A stretch of 64,000 nucleotides of DNA from Raja brachyura (taxonomy: Eukaryota), in assembly GCA_963514005.1 (NCBI GenBank), contig OY740790.1, forward strand, positions 51,026,001 through 51,090,000. The letters are read 5' to 3'. The translations under genes and the position numbers were made by a program. A model generated the notes under the pieces. The model did no database searches. It was not told the origin of the DNA and saw only the letters and a program-made list of their open reading frames with translations. The stretch's first letter is position 1, and every line of letters starts with the position of its first letter. Positions 13,482 to 26,849 of the stretch are shown here, piece after piece.

Positions 13482-13703
13482 AGGGCCAGTCCAACTTGGG
13501 CGTCATTTGCGCGTTGCACAGATGGCGCGCAAAGATGTGGTACATCCCAAAATCCTGGGGCACCGCGTGTCACTGCCTACGTCGCCACTCACCATGCTCG
13601 CGTAATGCGCACCCTGAGCGTGTAATGCGCGCATAACGTGCGCATCATGCGTCGTGACGCGTAAATGATGTCGTGCAAATGACGCCCAAGTGGGCCAGGC
13701 TCG
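13482..13703. mobile_element. Harbinger/PIF-type MITE
   Basis: TIRs agggccagtccaacttgggcgtcatttgc / gcaaatgacgcccaagtgggccaggctcg; TTA on both flanks; CpG-rich. Confidence 0.8.
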
Positions 13704-14089
13704 TTAGTTTCATGCTATCTCTCATCATGGCTTTTGTCTCCTGCGATGATCACTTCTGTTAACCATCACCTCTTCCTGTTTCCTTGTACTTGTTTTCTTT
13801 TCTCTCCTTTGCTCCTTCATCAGTTTATTTATAACATTCTCTGATTTTGATAAAAGACTGAATTCATGAACCCCTCGACAGATTGTGTTCCAGATGTGCT
13901 GAGTGTTTCAAGCATGCTTTCTTAATGTATAATGGTTTTTGGACAGTTTTGCAACAATTGCAGAACTATTGTTCTAGTGAGAAGTACAGATGGAATGAAT
14001 AAGACCAGTAAGGTCAGTATAAATGGTAATAAATACAGCATATGGCACTATTTTAATTCTTGAGAAAAGTTATTTTTCCCTTCGACTAC

Positions 14090-14725
14090 CGGTAGTAAAG
14101 AAAGCAAACTCAATGCTAGCATTTATTTTGAGAGGGCTTGTATATAAAAACAGGGATGTAATGTTGAGACTCTATAAGGCGCTGGTAAGGTTGCATGTTA
14201 AATATCGTGAACAATTTTGGGCACCATATGAGGAAGGATGTGCTGGTTCTGGAGAGTGTCCAGGAGGTGTACAAGAATGATCCCAGGAATTAGTAGGTTA
14301 ACCAATGATGAGCATTTGTCGGCACTGGGCCTGTACTCACTGGAGTTTAGAAGAATGAGGGGTGGACCTCATTGAAACATACAGAATGGTGAAAGGCTAG
14401 GATAGAGTGGATGTGGGGAGAATGTTTCCACTAGTGGGAGAGTCTAGGACTAGAGGTCATAGCCTCAGAATTAAAGAAAGTTCTTTTAGGAAGGAGACGT
14501 GGAGGAATTTCTTTAGTCAGAGGGTGGTGAATCTGCACGGAAGGCTGTGGAGGCCAAGTCAGTGGATATTTTTAAGGCATATATATAGATAGATTTAATT
14601 AGTACAGGTGTCAGAGGTTATGGGGAGAAGGCAGGAGAATTAGTTTAGTAGGGAGAGAGATCAGCCATGATTGAATAGAGGAGTAGACGTGATGGGCCGA
14701 AAGGCCAAATTCTATTCCTATCACA
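14090..14725 (+). mobile_element. CR1 3' fragment
   Basis: VKKANSMLAFI..., GESRTRGHSLRI, and the CR1 3' UTR. Confidence 0.9.
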
Positions 14726-14969
14726 TGACTGCAACTGCATTTCCTCTCCCACTGGTTCCTCATGGGACCAAAACAGTGACTGGTTATTGTAAATATTTTC
14801 ATAATCTGTCTTTAACATACACCCACAATATTGTGCCTCAATCCCACAATGACTAAAGCTATTGATGATGTCTGCAATGGAGTTATTTTAATTATGTGAT
14901 AGATGTCATGAAAGAAAGGCAGCAAGGTTTCACCTGTAATATCTACAACATGACACAGATTTACATGTT

Positions 14970-15150
14970 CTAATAGTTGAGGCAGGTACTATAAAACATT
15001 TAAAAGAGATTTGAACCGGTACATGGATAGGAAAGGTTTAGAGGGATGCAGGCCAAATGCTGTCAGGTAAGACTAGTGTAGATGGGGCATCTTGGTTAGT
15101 ATGGGCAGGTAGGGCCAAAGGGCCTGATTCCATGCTGTACGACTCTAACT
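14970..15150 (+). mobile_element. CR1 3' end (older subfamily)
   Basis: tagttgaggcaggtact...ggtacatggatagg...gggccaaagggcctg...ctgtacgactcta. Confidence 0.75.
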
Positions 15151-15799
15151 GGAGTCTCGCTCATAGATCCTCAGTCAGAGGGAACATCCTCCCTCCATTG
15201 AACTTGTCCATTTAGATGCCTTCTTTATTTTCAACATAGTGCCAGGATTAGAGCATTTAGTTCTTGCCTATTTCATCATTCAAAAAGATGCATGGCTGAT
15301 CTTTCATTTCATGCTCATTGTTATTTTCTTACGGTATCACAATATCCCTTCATTTTCTTAATATGCAGAAATTCTATTGATCTCTGCTTTGAAATAACCC
15401 TCAGCCCTTTGGGACGGAGAATTCCAAAGATTCACCCTCCTGAGGAAATTTCTCCTTGCATTACTCATCACAGTCCTAAACAACCTACCCTAAATTCAGA
15501 GATGTTGATCCCACATTCTGACTTCTCTGCCAGGGGAAATATCCTCCCTGCACCACGCTCCATTAGATTTTTATAGGCTTCAGTGGAACCACCTCTTACT
15601 CTGTTATATTTCAGAATAAACCTGGTTCAACCTATTTTTTGGTGCAATCTTAATGGAACTCTTTTGAGGTTCACTTTGAAGTCTTATCAGAGTATAACTT
15701 CCTTTTGTCATTTCGCACAGAAATGCTGTGACGGTCATGAAAACACATTACAGTTCTTTCTTTCGTACGTTGTAGAAATCATAAACATTGTGCAAAACT

Positions 15800-15885
15800 G
15801 AAGCTGCTCGATTCAGCAGGCCAGGCAGCATCTGTCAAAAGTAAAGAATAGGTGACGTCTCGCATCAGGACTCTTCTTCAGACAT
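15800..15885 (-). mobile_element. PLE-derived 3'-end fragment with a degenerate hammerhead
   Basis: ggcagcatctg...aataggtgacgtctcg...ttcttcagac. Confidence 0.65.
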
Positions 15886-16549
15886 ATCTTGTGGCTCCAT
15901 AAATGTTTTTGTTTAATCTTCTAGCTATAATGTGGCAGGAAACCGAGAGAGAAAAGAATCGGTAATGACTTTTGTTTAACAGGTTTATAGAAGATCTTTG
16001 AAATATCATCTTCTTTTACACTAATGTACTTCACACCTAACTTTATTTCACAAAGGTTCATTTTTAGAACTTGAAGCATTAGGGCCCACGGGAAAATTTT
16101 CTTGGTAGTATATTTTAGGATAACAAAATTACAGTTGAAGATAATAAAAGTGAACATTTGGTTGATGAGGATGCGAACCTAGGTACTGTCTAAATTCCAG
16201 TTTTCTTGCAGCATAGCAGCTTATGCAAAATACACCTTTCACACTAGGTTCAGAAAAAACAATCACATCATCCAAACTTTGGACCACAATTAAGGCTGTT
16301 TTGTAAACACAATGTAGGGTCAAAGTACAGTTGCTCCAAGAATACTCTGTAGTGTTTAAACTTGTCCAAACTCTTGCGCTTTGGTTATGAATTGCAACAG
16401 CAGTGTTCATCAATAACTCGGCTGTGGTTTCAACACAGTTCAAAGCCAGACGCTATTAGCCCTTCAGCTACTGTTAAACTTGAGTGGAAAGTTTGAGTCA
16501 AAGTCTCAGTTTGCTTTCAACTAGAGATGGTTGTGGTTAGCTAATAACT

Positions 16550-16606
16550 GCCAGCTCTTGGCCTCTGCAGTTCATAATCTGAATTTTTATCATTATCATT
16601 TTTCAA
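16550..16606 (+). repeat. 57-bp dispersed direct repeat, copy 2
   Basis: 55/57 identical to 12029-12085. Confidence 0.9.
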
Positions 16607-16695
16607 AAAGACTTGAGATAAGCTTTGATTAAAATGAAAAAGTTGGCCAGTGGTAAACTAACACATTTTTTACTGTAAATAGGGCTTACACCGCA

Positions 16696-16932
16696 AGGAC
16701 CTGTCCCACTTTCACGACCTACTTCACGGTCTTTTTTACTCGGGGACATTTTTCATCATGCTAGAAAAACGCCCCAACCAACTTGATGCCTTGAGTACCT
16801 ACGACTAGCATCGTGGCCTGCTACGACCTACCTACGACCTCCTACGACCTCGTGACAACCATGCTGCGAGAATGAGTCGAGGGCAAACTTGGCAGAGGTC
16901 GTGAATTAGGTCGTGAAAGTGGGACAGGCCCT
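16696..16932. mobile_element. Harbinger-type MITE (same family as 47437-47641)
   Basis: TIRs aggacctgtcccactttcacgaccta / taggtcgtgaaagtgggacaggccct; 3' flank TAA; internal (ctacgac) repeats. Confidence 0.82.
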
Positions 16933-17699
16933 TAATACCATTATTCTTAAGCAGAGTATTATTTTCTCATAAGACTCCCCACTCAAAATTATTTGCCTAC
17001 CATACTTTGAGACCTAGAATTTGAGGCCCAGTGCCCTGTCTTTTTGTAGTACCAAGCCTTTAAGCACCACTCTTCACTGCCTCAAAGACAAGGTAAGTAA
17101 AAATGACACCATCCCCTTTACTGTTCTGATTGTAAAGAATGCATATGGTTGACATTTAGGTATTATACATAGGATTTTTCCTTGTGCATACCACTAGTTT
17201 AACCTGGTGCCCAAATAACTGTTGATTTCTTTATATCGTACATGTTTATTACAATCAGTCACTTTTGGCTAGCTCGCTCAAGTCGCCTTTGTAAATGACC
17301 GTAAGCAGTTTTGTCAAGAGAATACATGGCGGAATCCTATCCAAGCAGAGTAGTATGGAACTTCATTCAGATGGTAGACCTGGGCTTCTTCACCCCTATT
17401 GGAATGTCAGATGACATTCGTTGAAGAGCATCGATCATTGACTGCTTGAGAATAGATAACATGACAGAAGTTGAGGATGAAATTTATACGGGTATTTCCT
17501 ACAGTATTATTTCTGCAGTGCACTTAATGCTCGTAAATAAGATGAAATACTGCACTACAAATTGCTGCATCATAGATTGTAAATGAGAAGTATTGGAAAA
17601 AAAGTTTGTGTATTATGCTGTTTTTTAATCTTTTATCAAGGGAATTGTTGTTTTGATGCTAAGATTCATTTTATTTTGCTACATAAATTGATTCCCCAC

Positions 17700-18078
17700 A
17701 ATTGGAGTGCAGGAGGCTGAGGGGTGATATTTACTGGGGTATATAAAATCATGAGGGGAGTAGACGAGGTGAATGCAGTCTTTTTCCACGATAGGGGAAT
17801 CAAGAACTAGAGGAATAGGTGTAAGGTGGGAGGGGAAAGCTTCAAAAGGAACCCGAGGGGCAGGTTTTTGACACGGGTGGGTATGTTAATAAGCTGTCAG
17901 ATTAAGTTGCGGAAGCAGGCACAATAACATTTAAAATACATTTGGACAGGCACATGGCAAGGAAGAGATTTCAAGAGATATGGGCAAGGGGTCTAATGGG
18001 GATAATTTGGATGGGGCACCTTGGTTGGCATTGGCAAGTTGGGCTGAGGGGCTTCTTTCGTTGCTTTATGACTGACTC
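17700..18078 (+). mobile_element. CR1 3' fragment, degenerate
   Basis: ggagtgcaggaggctgaggggtgat...caagaactagagga...gttgggctgaggggc. Confidence 0.8.
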
Positions 18079-20231
18079 TATTTGGAGATGGCTAAAAATT
18101 TAATTTTAATATCAGATGATATTGAACCTTTACAAAAGTATTATAGTTTTATAATGTTATCCCCTTCTCTGTCTGCCCTCGCCTTTACATTGTTCTGCAT
18201 GGCTTGGAATTGTGGGTGATATTCCTGATTTGATTTCCATTTCTGTAAATTACAGTTTGAGGAGGGAATTGAGATCACCACTTATTGTGTACATTTGTTG
18301 CATACCTGGTGGTAATCAAAGTAAAATATTAGAATGAGGGCAAGGAAATTATCTCGGCACAACTCTCCAAAGACCTTCACAAGGAGACATGAAAATCGGA
18401 GCAGAGTTAGGCCTCTAAGTAGGCCCTTCAAACCTGTTCTGCCATTTAACATAATTATGGCTGACCTGGCCATTTATCCATGCCTCTCTATTTCATGATC
18501 TATTACATTTATCCCCATTAAATACCTATTATGATATGGCTTCCACTACACTACCAAAGTCCCTAGAAATTTCTTCTTGCAAAATGTAGGGGATAAATAT
18601 GATAAAAGGAGGTGGGTGCCTCATGAAATCACATCAGCTGAAAAAAGAATGAAGTGAAGTTAAATAGTTGGCTTTCCTCAGAACATGAGAAATGGGGATA
18701 GCATCCTGATCTGCCATTTAATATGGTTATGACTGTTCTGATCTTTGGTGTCCACTCCTTCCAAATATTCGTAAACCATAATTTATCTTGTTTGGCATTC
18801 ACAGTTCCGTGGGGTAGAGATTCGATGTTGCTTCTGAAGTAATTCCTCTATCTCATTTTTAAATGTGTGACATTATCTTAAGAATAGGTTCCACATTTCA
18901 AATTTTGGTTATCCCCTTGGATTGTTATCACAGCACTACCCTGTCACGCCCCCTTGGAGTCTTGTTTTAATTAAACCTCCTCTCATTCTTCTGAAATATA
19001 ATGCAGAAACATTGCACAACATGCACAGCTCAATATACTTGAGTTGCTCACCTGTTCCATGAATAAAGTAGGTTTAACATTTAACAAAAAAAAAATCATT
19101 TTTTAGTTAATTCAAGTCCTCCTGCATTTTTCTTCCCAGGTGCTATCTAGCCTAAAGTGGCACCATAAATGAACTTCAGTTTCATTGTTCCTATGTTGTG
19201 TCTTGATCTTGGGGATTTTAGAATATTTTTTGTCCATATTCCACCCATCTAAAAACATCAGTGTGCCCCTCCCTGGTCATTACTCTCATCCTTTGCTATC
19301 TCTTCCATTACATTCTCTTTGGATGTCATGCATGTAATAATCGTGTTAAATGATTTTTTTTAAAGCCATATGTAACAATCTATTGTATACTATGTTGCTA
19401 GTTCCATTATTTTGGTGGAAAATACACCAATTAACTGTAGCAAATTTTTTTTTTTGGTGTTTCTATTTAGCCAATGCATTCTAAATGTTCCATTAATTCC
19501 TTTCAATTCATTTTGTGTTATGGAAAGTTTCAGGCTTATCTAGATTCACAGTAGGACCAGATGCCTTATGCTAGGCATCTTAAAAACATGCTTACTCTCT
19601 TAACGATTCCCAGTTTTGATAGAAAGCCATTGACCCAAATGCCTGACACTATTTCTTTATATCTGTGGAACCTTTCCCCTTATTAGGCCATGTCTTTTCC
19701 TCTTTGAATAAAGGTGCAACATTTTCCATTATCCAATTGTTTAGCATTGTTTATTTTATAAAGATGCTATAACAGAGGTTAATTTGGCCAAAGTAATCAT
19801 TTAATTGCCTATTGGTGATAAACCAACAAACAAATAAGCTTGGCAATTAATCTCAAATAAGAGGTGGGATTGAGAAAGGAGGGATGGAGAGGGGTTAAAA
19901 TGATGATACAATGTTTATTGATGTTGTGTAATTCATCCATACTGGATACGTTACGTGAAGAATTGGTGATATAGCATGTGCCTTCTTAGCTTTTACATTT
20001 TTTTCAAAATTGTTTTTGGTATTTTGATCAGGCCCAGATGCTCAAAAGGTGCATGTGACTCCAACCCATGTCATCACCACTACTGAATCAAACATCTCTC
20101 TGTTTCACTGTGATTGTGTGTGCTGATATTGAATTTAGAAAGCAAAGGGTGGCAGCTCTGTGACCTGAATAAATTTAGTTTGATGGATAAATACTGTCAT
20201 CACGAAGCTGGTGGTAGGTGAAGGTGGTGGG

Positions 20232-20362
20232 TGTCGAGGGTTATGGGGAGAAGGCAGAAGAATGGGGTTAGGAGGGAGAGATAGATCAGCCATGATTGAA
20301 TGGTGGAGTAGACTTGATGGGCCGAATGGCCTGATACTGCTCGCATCACTTATGACCTTATG
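20232..20362 (+). mobile_element. CR1 3' UTR fragment
   Basis: ggttatggggagaaggcag...gatcagccatgattgaatgg...gggccgaatggcct...(ttatgacc) tail. Confidence 0.85.
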
Positions 20363-21549
20363 AAGCAAGGTTTAATAGAAAGGTTAGGCATGAACTCCAC
20401 ATGGTTTATTTTCTACCCAATGCAAAACCTTGTGGACAATGCAAAGAATTAACTTGTTTATTTAATGGACAGGTGTTGTACATGCATCAGATTTCACTTG
20501 AATATATCATGGTGATGAAAGCTTGTTCAATTTTCAAACATTGCAAAATCTAGAGGTGTGTCACCGATTGAGCTTCAATTGCTATGCAGTATATAAGATC
20601 TAAAACTATTATCCTTTTGAATGTTTACAGAAGTCCCTTGATAACAAAGAAAATGAAATGTTCAAACTGAACATATTTGCAATAAAGCAACGATAATCTG
20701 TCATCTGATTGCTCGGAAATCCTAACCACTTAATGTTTAGTTTGAACATTAATCCTGCATGTGAACCTGGGGTCTGGAGTGTGGCTGAGGTGTGGGCCAG
20801 GTATGCAGTGAGCACAAGGGCTGTGTTCGGGATCACCAAGCATCAGGAAGAGGGGTAGGATTGCAGCTGGACCTGAAATCCTGAGTATTTGTGATTTGCA
20901 GCTCCCTTTAAATTTGCTGGCCTCACTGAAAAAATGTATTGCACTACTAATACCTAACTGTTTGGATATTAAGAGGATGAACAAAAGGGTGCCAGATTAT
21001 CAAAATGCTACTGTATTGAACTTAACTGCAAAATCCTCTGGTGGTTGCCAAAGTCTTTCATGGATTTATATAAGCTAGTTATGTTGCATTTTTCAGTCTT
21101 TTATGGCCTGATGATGTGAACAGATTTAAAACATTTTCAGTACAGCTTGCTGTGTTTTAGTAATCTTAAACTTGAAATGAAGCGGAACATATCAATGCTT
21201 TCTTCAGAAAAATCATTTTAGTATGTGAATTAGATGTGAATCAAACTGTGATGAGACACAATAATGTGTTTAGTGATGGACACTACATACTCCTTGTTAA
21301 TTGATTCATTGTGTATTTGAATTAATAGAAACCTTTTGAATCTTGAATGACAAGAGCAAGCCGAGTCACAGCATGTAAAACTTTAGGAAATAGTGTTAAA
21401 GCTATTGAATAAATGTAAATTTCTGTTTGTGACATTTGCAAATAAAAAAATCTGATTTATCCATCAATGTGGATTAAGCATTATTATTGAAGCAGCACCT
21501 CCAAGGATCACAGCAATGCTATATGATAATAAATTAAGCAAAATAAAAA

Positions 21550-21740
21550 ACTTTGTGAGGAACTCCGTTCTGATCAGGCCGCATCCATTGAAGTAAATGG
21601 ACAGTCATTGTTTCAGATCGATAGCCTTCCTCAGGGCATATTGACCCAGAACATCAATTGTCCATTTTCACCCAGTTCCATCAGCAGTTTTGTTTTTTTT
21701 GTTCCAGATTTCAGCATCTGCAGTAATTTCTGTCTCTGAT
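21550..21740. mobile_element. Degenerate inverted PLE-derived pair
   Basis: aaatggacagtcattgtttc (minus arm) versus gaacatcaattgtccattt...cagcatctgcagt (plus arm). Confidence 0.6.
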
Positions 21741-23844
21741 AATATAAGTGAAGTGGTAGGTTCAGCCATTACATAAAATACTCATGATTGTGGTTTGTCC
21801 AGCGAATGGTGTATTTGGCCAAATGAATTTTAATTCCATCCATCACATCATAAATTCCATTGGGACATCTGACTATGTTTTTGACCAATGCTTTAGCAAT
21901 TATGTGTATCTCTATACCTTGGCAGTGATGAAGAGTTGATTTTTACCTCAGTCTGGTAGCTGGATGAGCCCATGTCACTTGGATCTCTTACTCACTTGTG
22001 CTAACTAACATTAGCACCCTTGCACAGATCAGCAATTTCCAAGTTGATCAGCAATCAGGGAGAACACTTTCTATTGTACAATGGTCTGCTGATTTTCGGA
22101 ACAGAAGACTTGAACACTCAAGTGGGTTTATTGCTTCAGAGTTGGTCATGGTGCCTTTGTGTATCTTTGATTTGCGTCTTCTGTAGCCGCTTGCTGTGCT
22201 AGTGCAGCTAGTTTACATTGCCAACAGCAGCTGCTATCATGCAAAGTAACATTACATTCTTTTCAGAATTTCAAATCACAATTGATTTTTTTTCTCTCAG
22301 TTATCCAGGCACATATGTAACTTAGAATTATGTCTTCCTGATTGTTCTTCAGTGCAGCTTGTCAAAGGGTCATTTTCTTTTCAGAATTAAAAATGCTGTT
22401 GGCTCAGGAAAGAAATGAAATTCAAGAAATATCAGAAATGTTGTCATTTGCCACCAACCTGCTTGTCTCCCTTTATGTGTATCTCAGTTTGATATTTGTC
22501 TTGCTATTTGAGCAGCTGATCCACTATGCAAATTCAGGAACAATCAACATTTTTTAACTGAATTAATATACCTTTTTGAGGACGATGAAGCCAGATAACT
22601 GGGGAAGGTTACCTGTTCCAGCTTGATGTGACAAGCTCAGCGAAACCTACTTGTGTATTATTTCTCTTCAATAGTTCTAGTAATTAATGGTTGTTCCTTT
22701 CCTGCTTTGGGGACAGGTGGATGGTTCGAGCATGTCATGTTGCATTTTTGCATCATTTCTGCTTTTATGTCAGATTATGTAATTCCAGGGTCTTTTGTAT
22801 TATAAAATTGCCTTCTTCGGTCACTGGTTCATCATTTCACTCAGGGGATGGGGAGTTGTTGCTTCAAACATTGACTTTTACTTGTCAGAGCCCACTTACA
22901 GTGGGAATTCGAATATAAATTAACCGGTAATTCAAATTAAGATGTCTGAATTAAACATGGTTTCAGTGGAGAGTATTTTTGCATTATTTTAATTCAAATT
23001 AACAGACCACTCAAATAAAATAGCCTTGCTACAAAGATCTCTAAAACAAAATCTTGTAGTTGCTAGTCAGACATAATAATTCTTGTTTTAAATGCAAAAA
23101 GATTCCTGTCACCCTGGGTCAAATGGCTTGAATGCTATGGTGCTGAAAATTACATAAATATTACAATAAGGCCCTTGAACATTAAGAATACCATTACAAT
23201 AGCCTCTTAAAATAAACCAAGAAACTATTTTAACCAGACGTATTAGTTAAACGTGCTTTGTACAAAATCTGATATCACTTTTTTTTCCACAGATTGTTTT
23301 GATTGTTCCCAGAATCTTTGATTTGATTCTCAACAGTTTTTGCTAATATGTTATGTATTCTTCGTAGCTTAAGTTTTTTTATCATACTTGAAAGATTCAA
23401 AGCAATTTTAAAAAAAGTTGTGTTTCTTCCATGCTCTTAAAATTGCATTTATAGAGTAACTTTAAAAACATTGACTTTTGATTGCTGGAAAACTAGTCCT
23501 ACCATTGTTTATCTTGACTAGAGTGATATTCACTTAATGGTATTCCGTCTCTCGATGTATGATTTGCAAATAAGTCAGTAAGTTACAAATTGGGGTGGTG
23601 ATTATTTATTGGACAGCAGCCTGTGTAATAAAGGTGAAAATAAAATTACACTCTCTTCTACCCCCACCCTCCCAGTCACATGTCAGACTATAGATTGAGA
23701 CATTTACAGCAGAACACCTCATGAGGTACACACTACATGTACGGTCATTGTAAATTCATTTCAGAAGCAGAGATTAATTTTCTGTTATACTTCCCGTGTA
23801 ATGAAAAACTTGTCTTATTTTAACACTGGACATCATATTCAAAA

Positions 23845-23938
23845 GATAGGCACAAAATGCTGGAGTAACTCAGCGAGACTGGCACCATCTCTGAATAGAA
23901 GGAATGGGTGACGTTTCGGGTCGAGACCTTCTTCAGAT
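23845..23938 (-). mobile_element. PLE-derived 3' end with a hammerhead motif (23910-23936)
   Basis: Reverse complement reads ctgaagaaggtctcgacccgaaacgtcaccc...gagttactccagcattttgtg. Confidence 0.8.
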
Positions 23939-24071
23939 GTTTCAATGGTTGCATCGCACTTTATGAAAGGCGTTATAAATTACCAGTATTTTATTCTTCA
24001 CTATTTTCCACTTCCACTCCAATTCCTAGCCATGAACATTTTCATGTTAGTTAAGTCACTAAAGCCAGGGG

Positions 24072-24240
24072 TTTGGCACATTGGCACAGCAGTGAGTGCT
24101 GCAGCCTCTCAACGCCATCGATCTGGGTTCAACCATGACCCAAGGTTCTGTCTGTGTTGAGTTTGCACAATCTCCCCGTAACCAAAGCAGTTTGCCTCGG
24201 GTGTCCATTTCCTTGCTTGTTCCAAAGATTATTTGGCCAT
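24072..24240 (+). mobile_element. Degenerate V-SINE
   Basis: tRNA-like head (tggcacagcagt...gggttcaacc) followed by gagtttgcacaatctccccgt...tccaaaga (V-domain-like). Confidence 0.65.
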
Positions 24241-24956
24241 TATAAATGATCCGCACTAGAGATTAGTAACAAAAGAATCAATGGGGAGTTCATGGGTGTG
24301 TGAGAGAGTAAATTGCAGGACTACATTAAGAAATATGAATGGAGTTGATGGATTGTTTTGCTGGGAGCTGGCCTAAACCAAGTGGCCTCCTTTTGTTTCA
24401 TAATTATGTAAAGCTGCTTTCTTTCCATCTCTCTGATGTGTCCTCCCCCCACGGAATATTCAAACGAAAAGCAATTGGGTGTGTATTTTTTTCCATTTTT
24501 CACATTATGCATGTGAAGGCTGGGGAATGATATTTCTAGATCTGTTTTATCTCATTGATGTACATTGAAAACTAGGATGAGACGAGGAAAGACATTTCAC
24601 TGACGGCTCTTATGGCAAACAGGCAGTAGTAAATTTTTTTCTTGTAATCTGAACATAATTTGATTCTCTCGGCCCCAGTAATCCCATTGAAAAATGTCAT
24701 GCTCTTGCACCATTCTAACCACCTTCTCTGTCATTCTACTTTTATTCTTAGTTCTACACATGCAAGTTGTAACATGGTAAATGTGCTGCTGTGGCTGAAT
24801 GAAGGATGCCTCCCAATACGGAGGTCTCGCAAATGTGTTGCGTGCAATGAAACTTAATACAGTAAAGAGCTGGCAATCTGCTCTCTGACCATTTAGAAAT
24901 CCTGATGGTTCATTATCTAGCTTACCTGGTAATGTTAACCCTGCCCTCACTCCTCT

Positions 24957-24984
<28 letters not shown>
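24957..24984. repeat. poly-C run (28 nt)
   Basis: Seen directly. Confidence 0.9.
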
Positions 24985-24990
<6 letters not shown>

Positions 24991-26606
24991 TGACTGGATT
25001 CCCAACACTTTCCTGAAGCTTTCTGGTTCACAGTGAAGCTCTAATACTCTACAACGCCACACAACAAATTAAAATTGTATTGAACTTGATAACATTCAAT
25101 AATCTGGAAAATCTGCTAACCCGTCGCCACAAGTCCTGAGTGCTCCAATGCATCTTCCTGCAGGGGAAATGTAGCAAATAACTGGTTTTCCTCTTTGCTC
25201 ATTTCTATTCTTAAAATGTGTCTCATTCAAAAAATGTTTTTACTCGAACAGTAAATTCCCCACCAGCACCTCTCCCCCAAACCAATAAACAAGGAACCAG
25301 CAGCATTAAAATTTGAGAAGGTTGTTCATGCTGCCAAGTCGAAAGTACTTGCTCGTTTGTTTCAAGTTGCCACATAAAAAACAAAAGCTACTGAGCCAGG
25401 TTTCTAAAATTAAAATCAGTGTACTTTTCAATTGCCTTGGTTGTTTAGTGGTTTAACATGTTGCCGTCTTTATATTGAGCTGCATGGTACTCGTGTTTGC
25501 TGAATGATGCGTTGTCTCAGTTGGAATCAAAGATCATAGAGCTTTAGTATCTTTGGTTGGAATGGCCAAGTTCTGCATTGCTGGAGATTAACAACTTGCC
25601 TTCACTGGACAGTTGGATCATTTATATGGATGTTAAGTACATACAAAGCAATTGCCATGGTACAAGGCTCCCCAATTTGACAGTTTACTAAATAATTGTG
25701 CTCACAAATTTATTATCACTTTGGTAAATGGTGATGGATTGATACCATTTGTGGAACCATATCTTGGTGTGAATCCCTGCCTCCAGGATAAAAGGGAGGA
25801 GAAGGTATTTGCTTCAGTGATTTCTCGCTTTTTATTAGCTACCTGTGCTTATCTGGCAGGTGCCGAGTTTGCATATTCCGGCTCCCTAAAGTTCAGCCAT
25901 GCATTTTGAGTTGAATTGCTGATCTGCATAATGTGAAAGCAGTAGGTTGTGATGAAATTGCTCATTTTATACAGTAAATTTGTACCAGAAGAAACTCCCT
26001 CTGTAACTATGAGGTCTGAAGCTGGGTTTGAAATAGCAGCATTTGAGCTGTGGTCAGCTAAGATTTTAAACAGTTTGGCAAAGTCAGAGAGAAGGGAACT
26101 GGCAAACCACACTTCTTGGATCAGTTGCCACTAACAGCAACACACTGTGTATGTTGATCCGTTGGCCAATTGAGTTATGGTTTGGCTTAAGAGGAAGTTT
26201 TCTAGTGAAATGAAACTGTCTTGCATTTCATGCAGGAAAATGTGCCTCTATCTGTAGAGCTTGAGGTTTAAGTGGTGAGTAAAATAGAGCTGTGGTGTTT
26301 TTGTTTTTTTATTATCCTTTTTAACATTAACCATTAAACTTTCTGGGGCTTGATATTCAATGTAGTCCAAAAATATCCAGTGTTGCCCAGATCTATACCG
26401 TGGGAATGCAAAAGACCTGCAGACAAATGTAATTTTGTTTCATCTAAATGGTAGAGTTGTTGAAAAGTGGATTAAATAGATTTGGAAAAAACACATCATT
26501 AATGTCCAAATAGTGTAGTTGCTGCATTAATGTCCTGTTATATTGGACAATCTGCATGAACTTGGTTGAATTCATTGGTGGCTTCAGCTTTGCATCTGCT
26601 TGCTTG

Positions 26607-26790
26607 TAGCATCTATGGAGCGAAGGAAATGGGCAACATTTCAGGTGGAAACCCTTCAGACTCTGATGAAGAGTTTCAACCCCAAACGTTGCCTATTTCC
26701 TTCGCTCCATAAATGCTGCCTCACCCGCTGAGTTTCTCCAGCATTTTGGTCTACCTCCGATTTTCCAGCATCTGCAGTTCCTTCTTAAAC
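26607..26790. mobile_element. Inverted PLE-derived pair
   Basis: gcatctatggagcgaaggaaatgggcaac / gttgcctatttccttcgctccataaatgc arms around a degenerate ctgatgaag...aaacgtt core. Confidence 0.8.
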
Positions 26791-26849
26791 ATTACTTTTC
26801 TTCAGGTTCAATTTGTAGTCGGCCACAAAATGTTTAGAGGGACAAGTTT

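Noticed and set aside
16790-16860. Short (ctacgac) repeats that look like an array
   Set aside because: No unique spacers and a eukaryotic context; this is MITE-internal microrepeat, not CRISPR.
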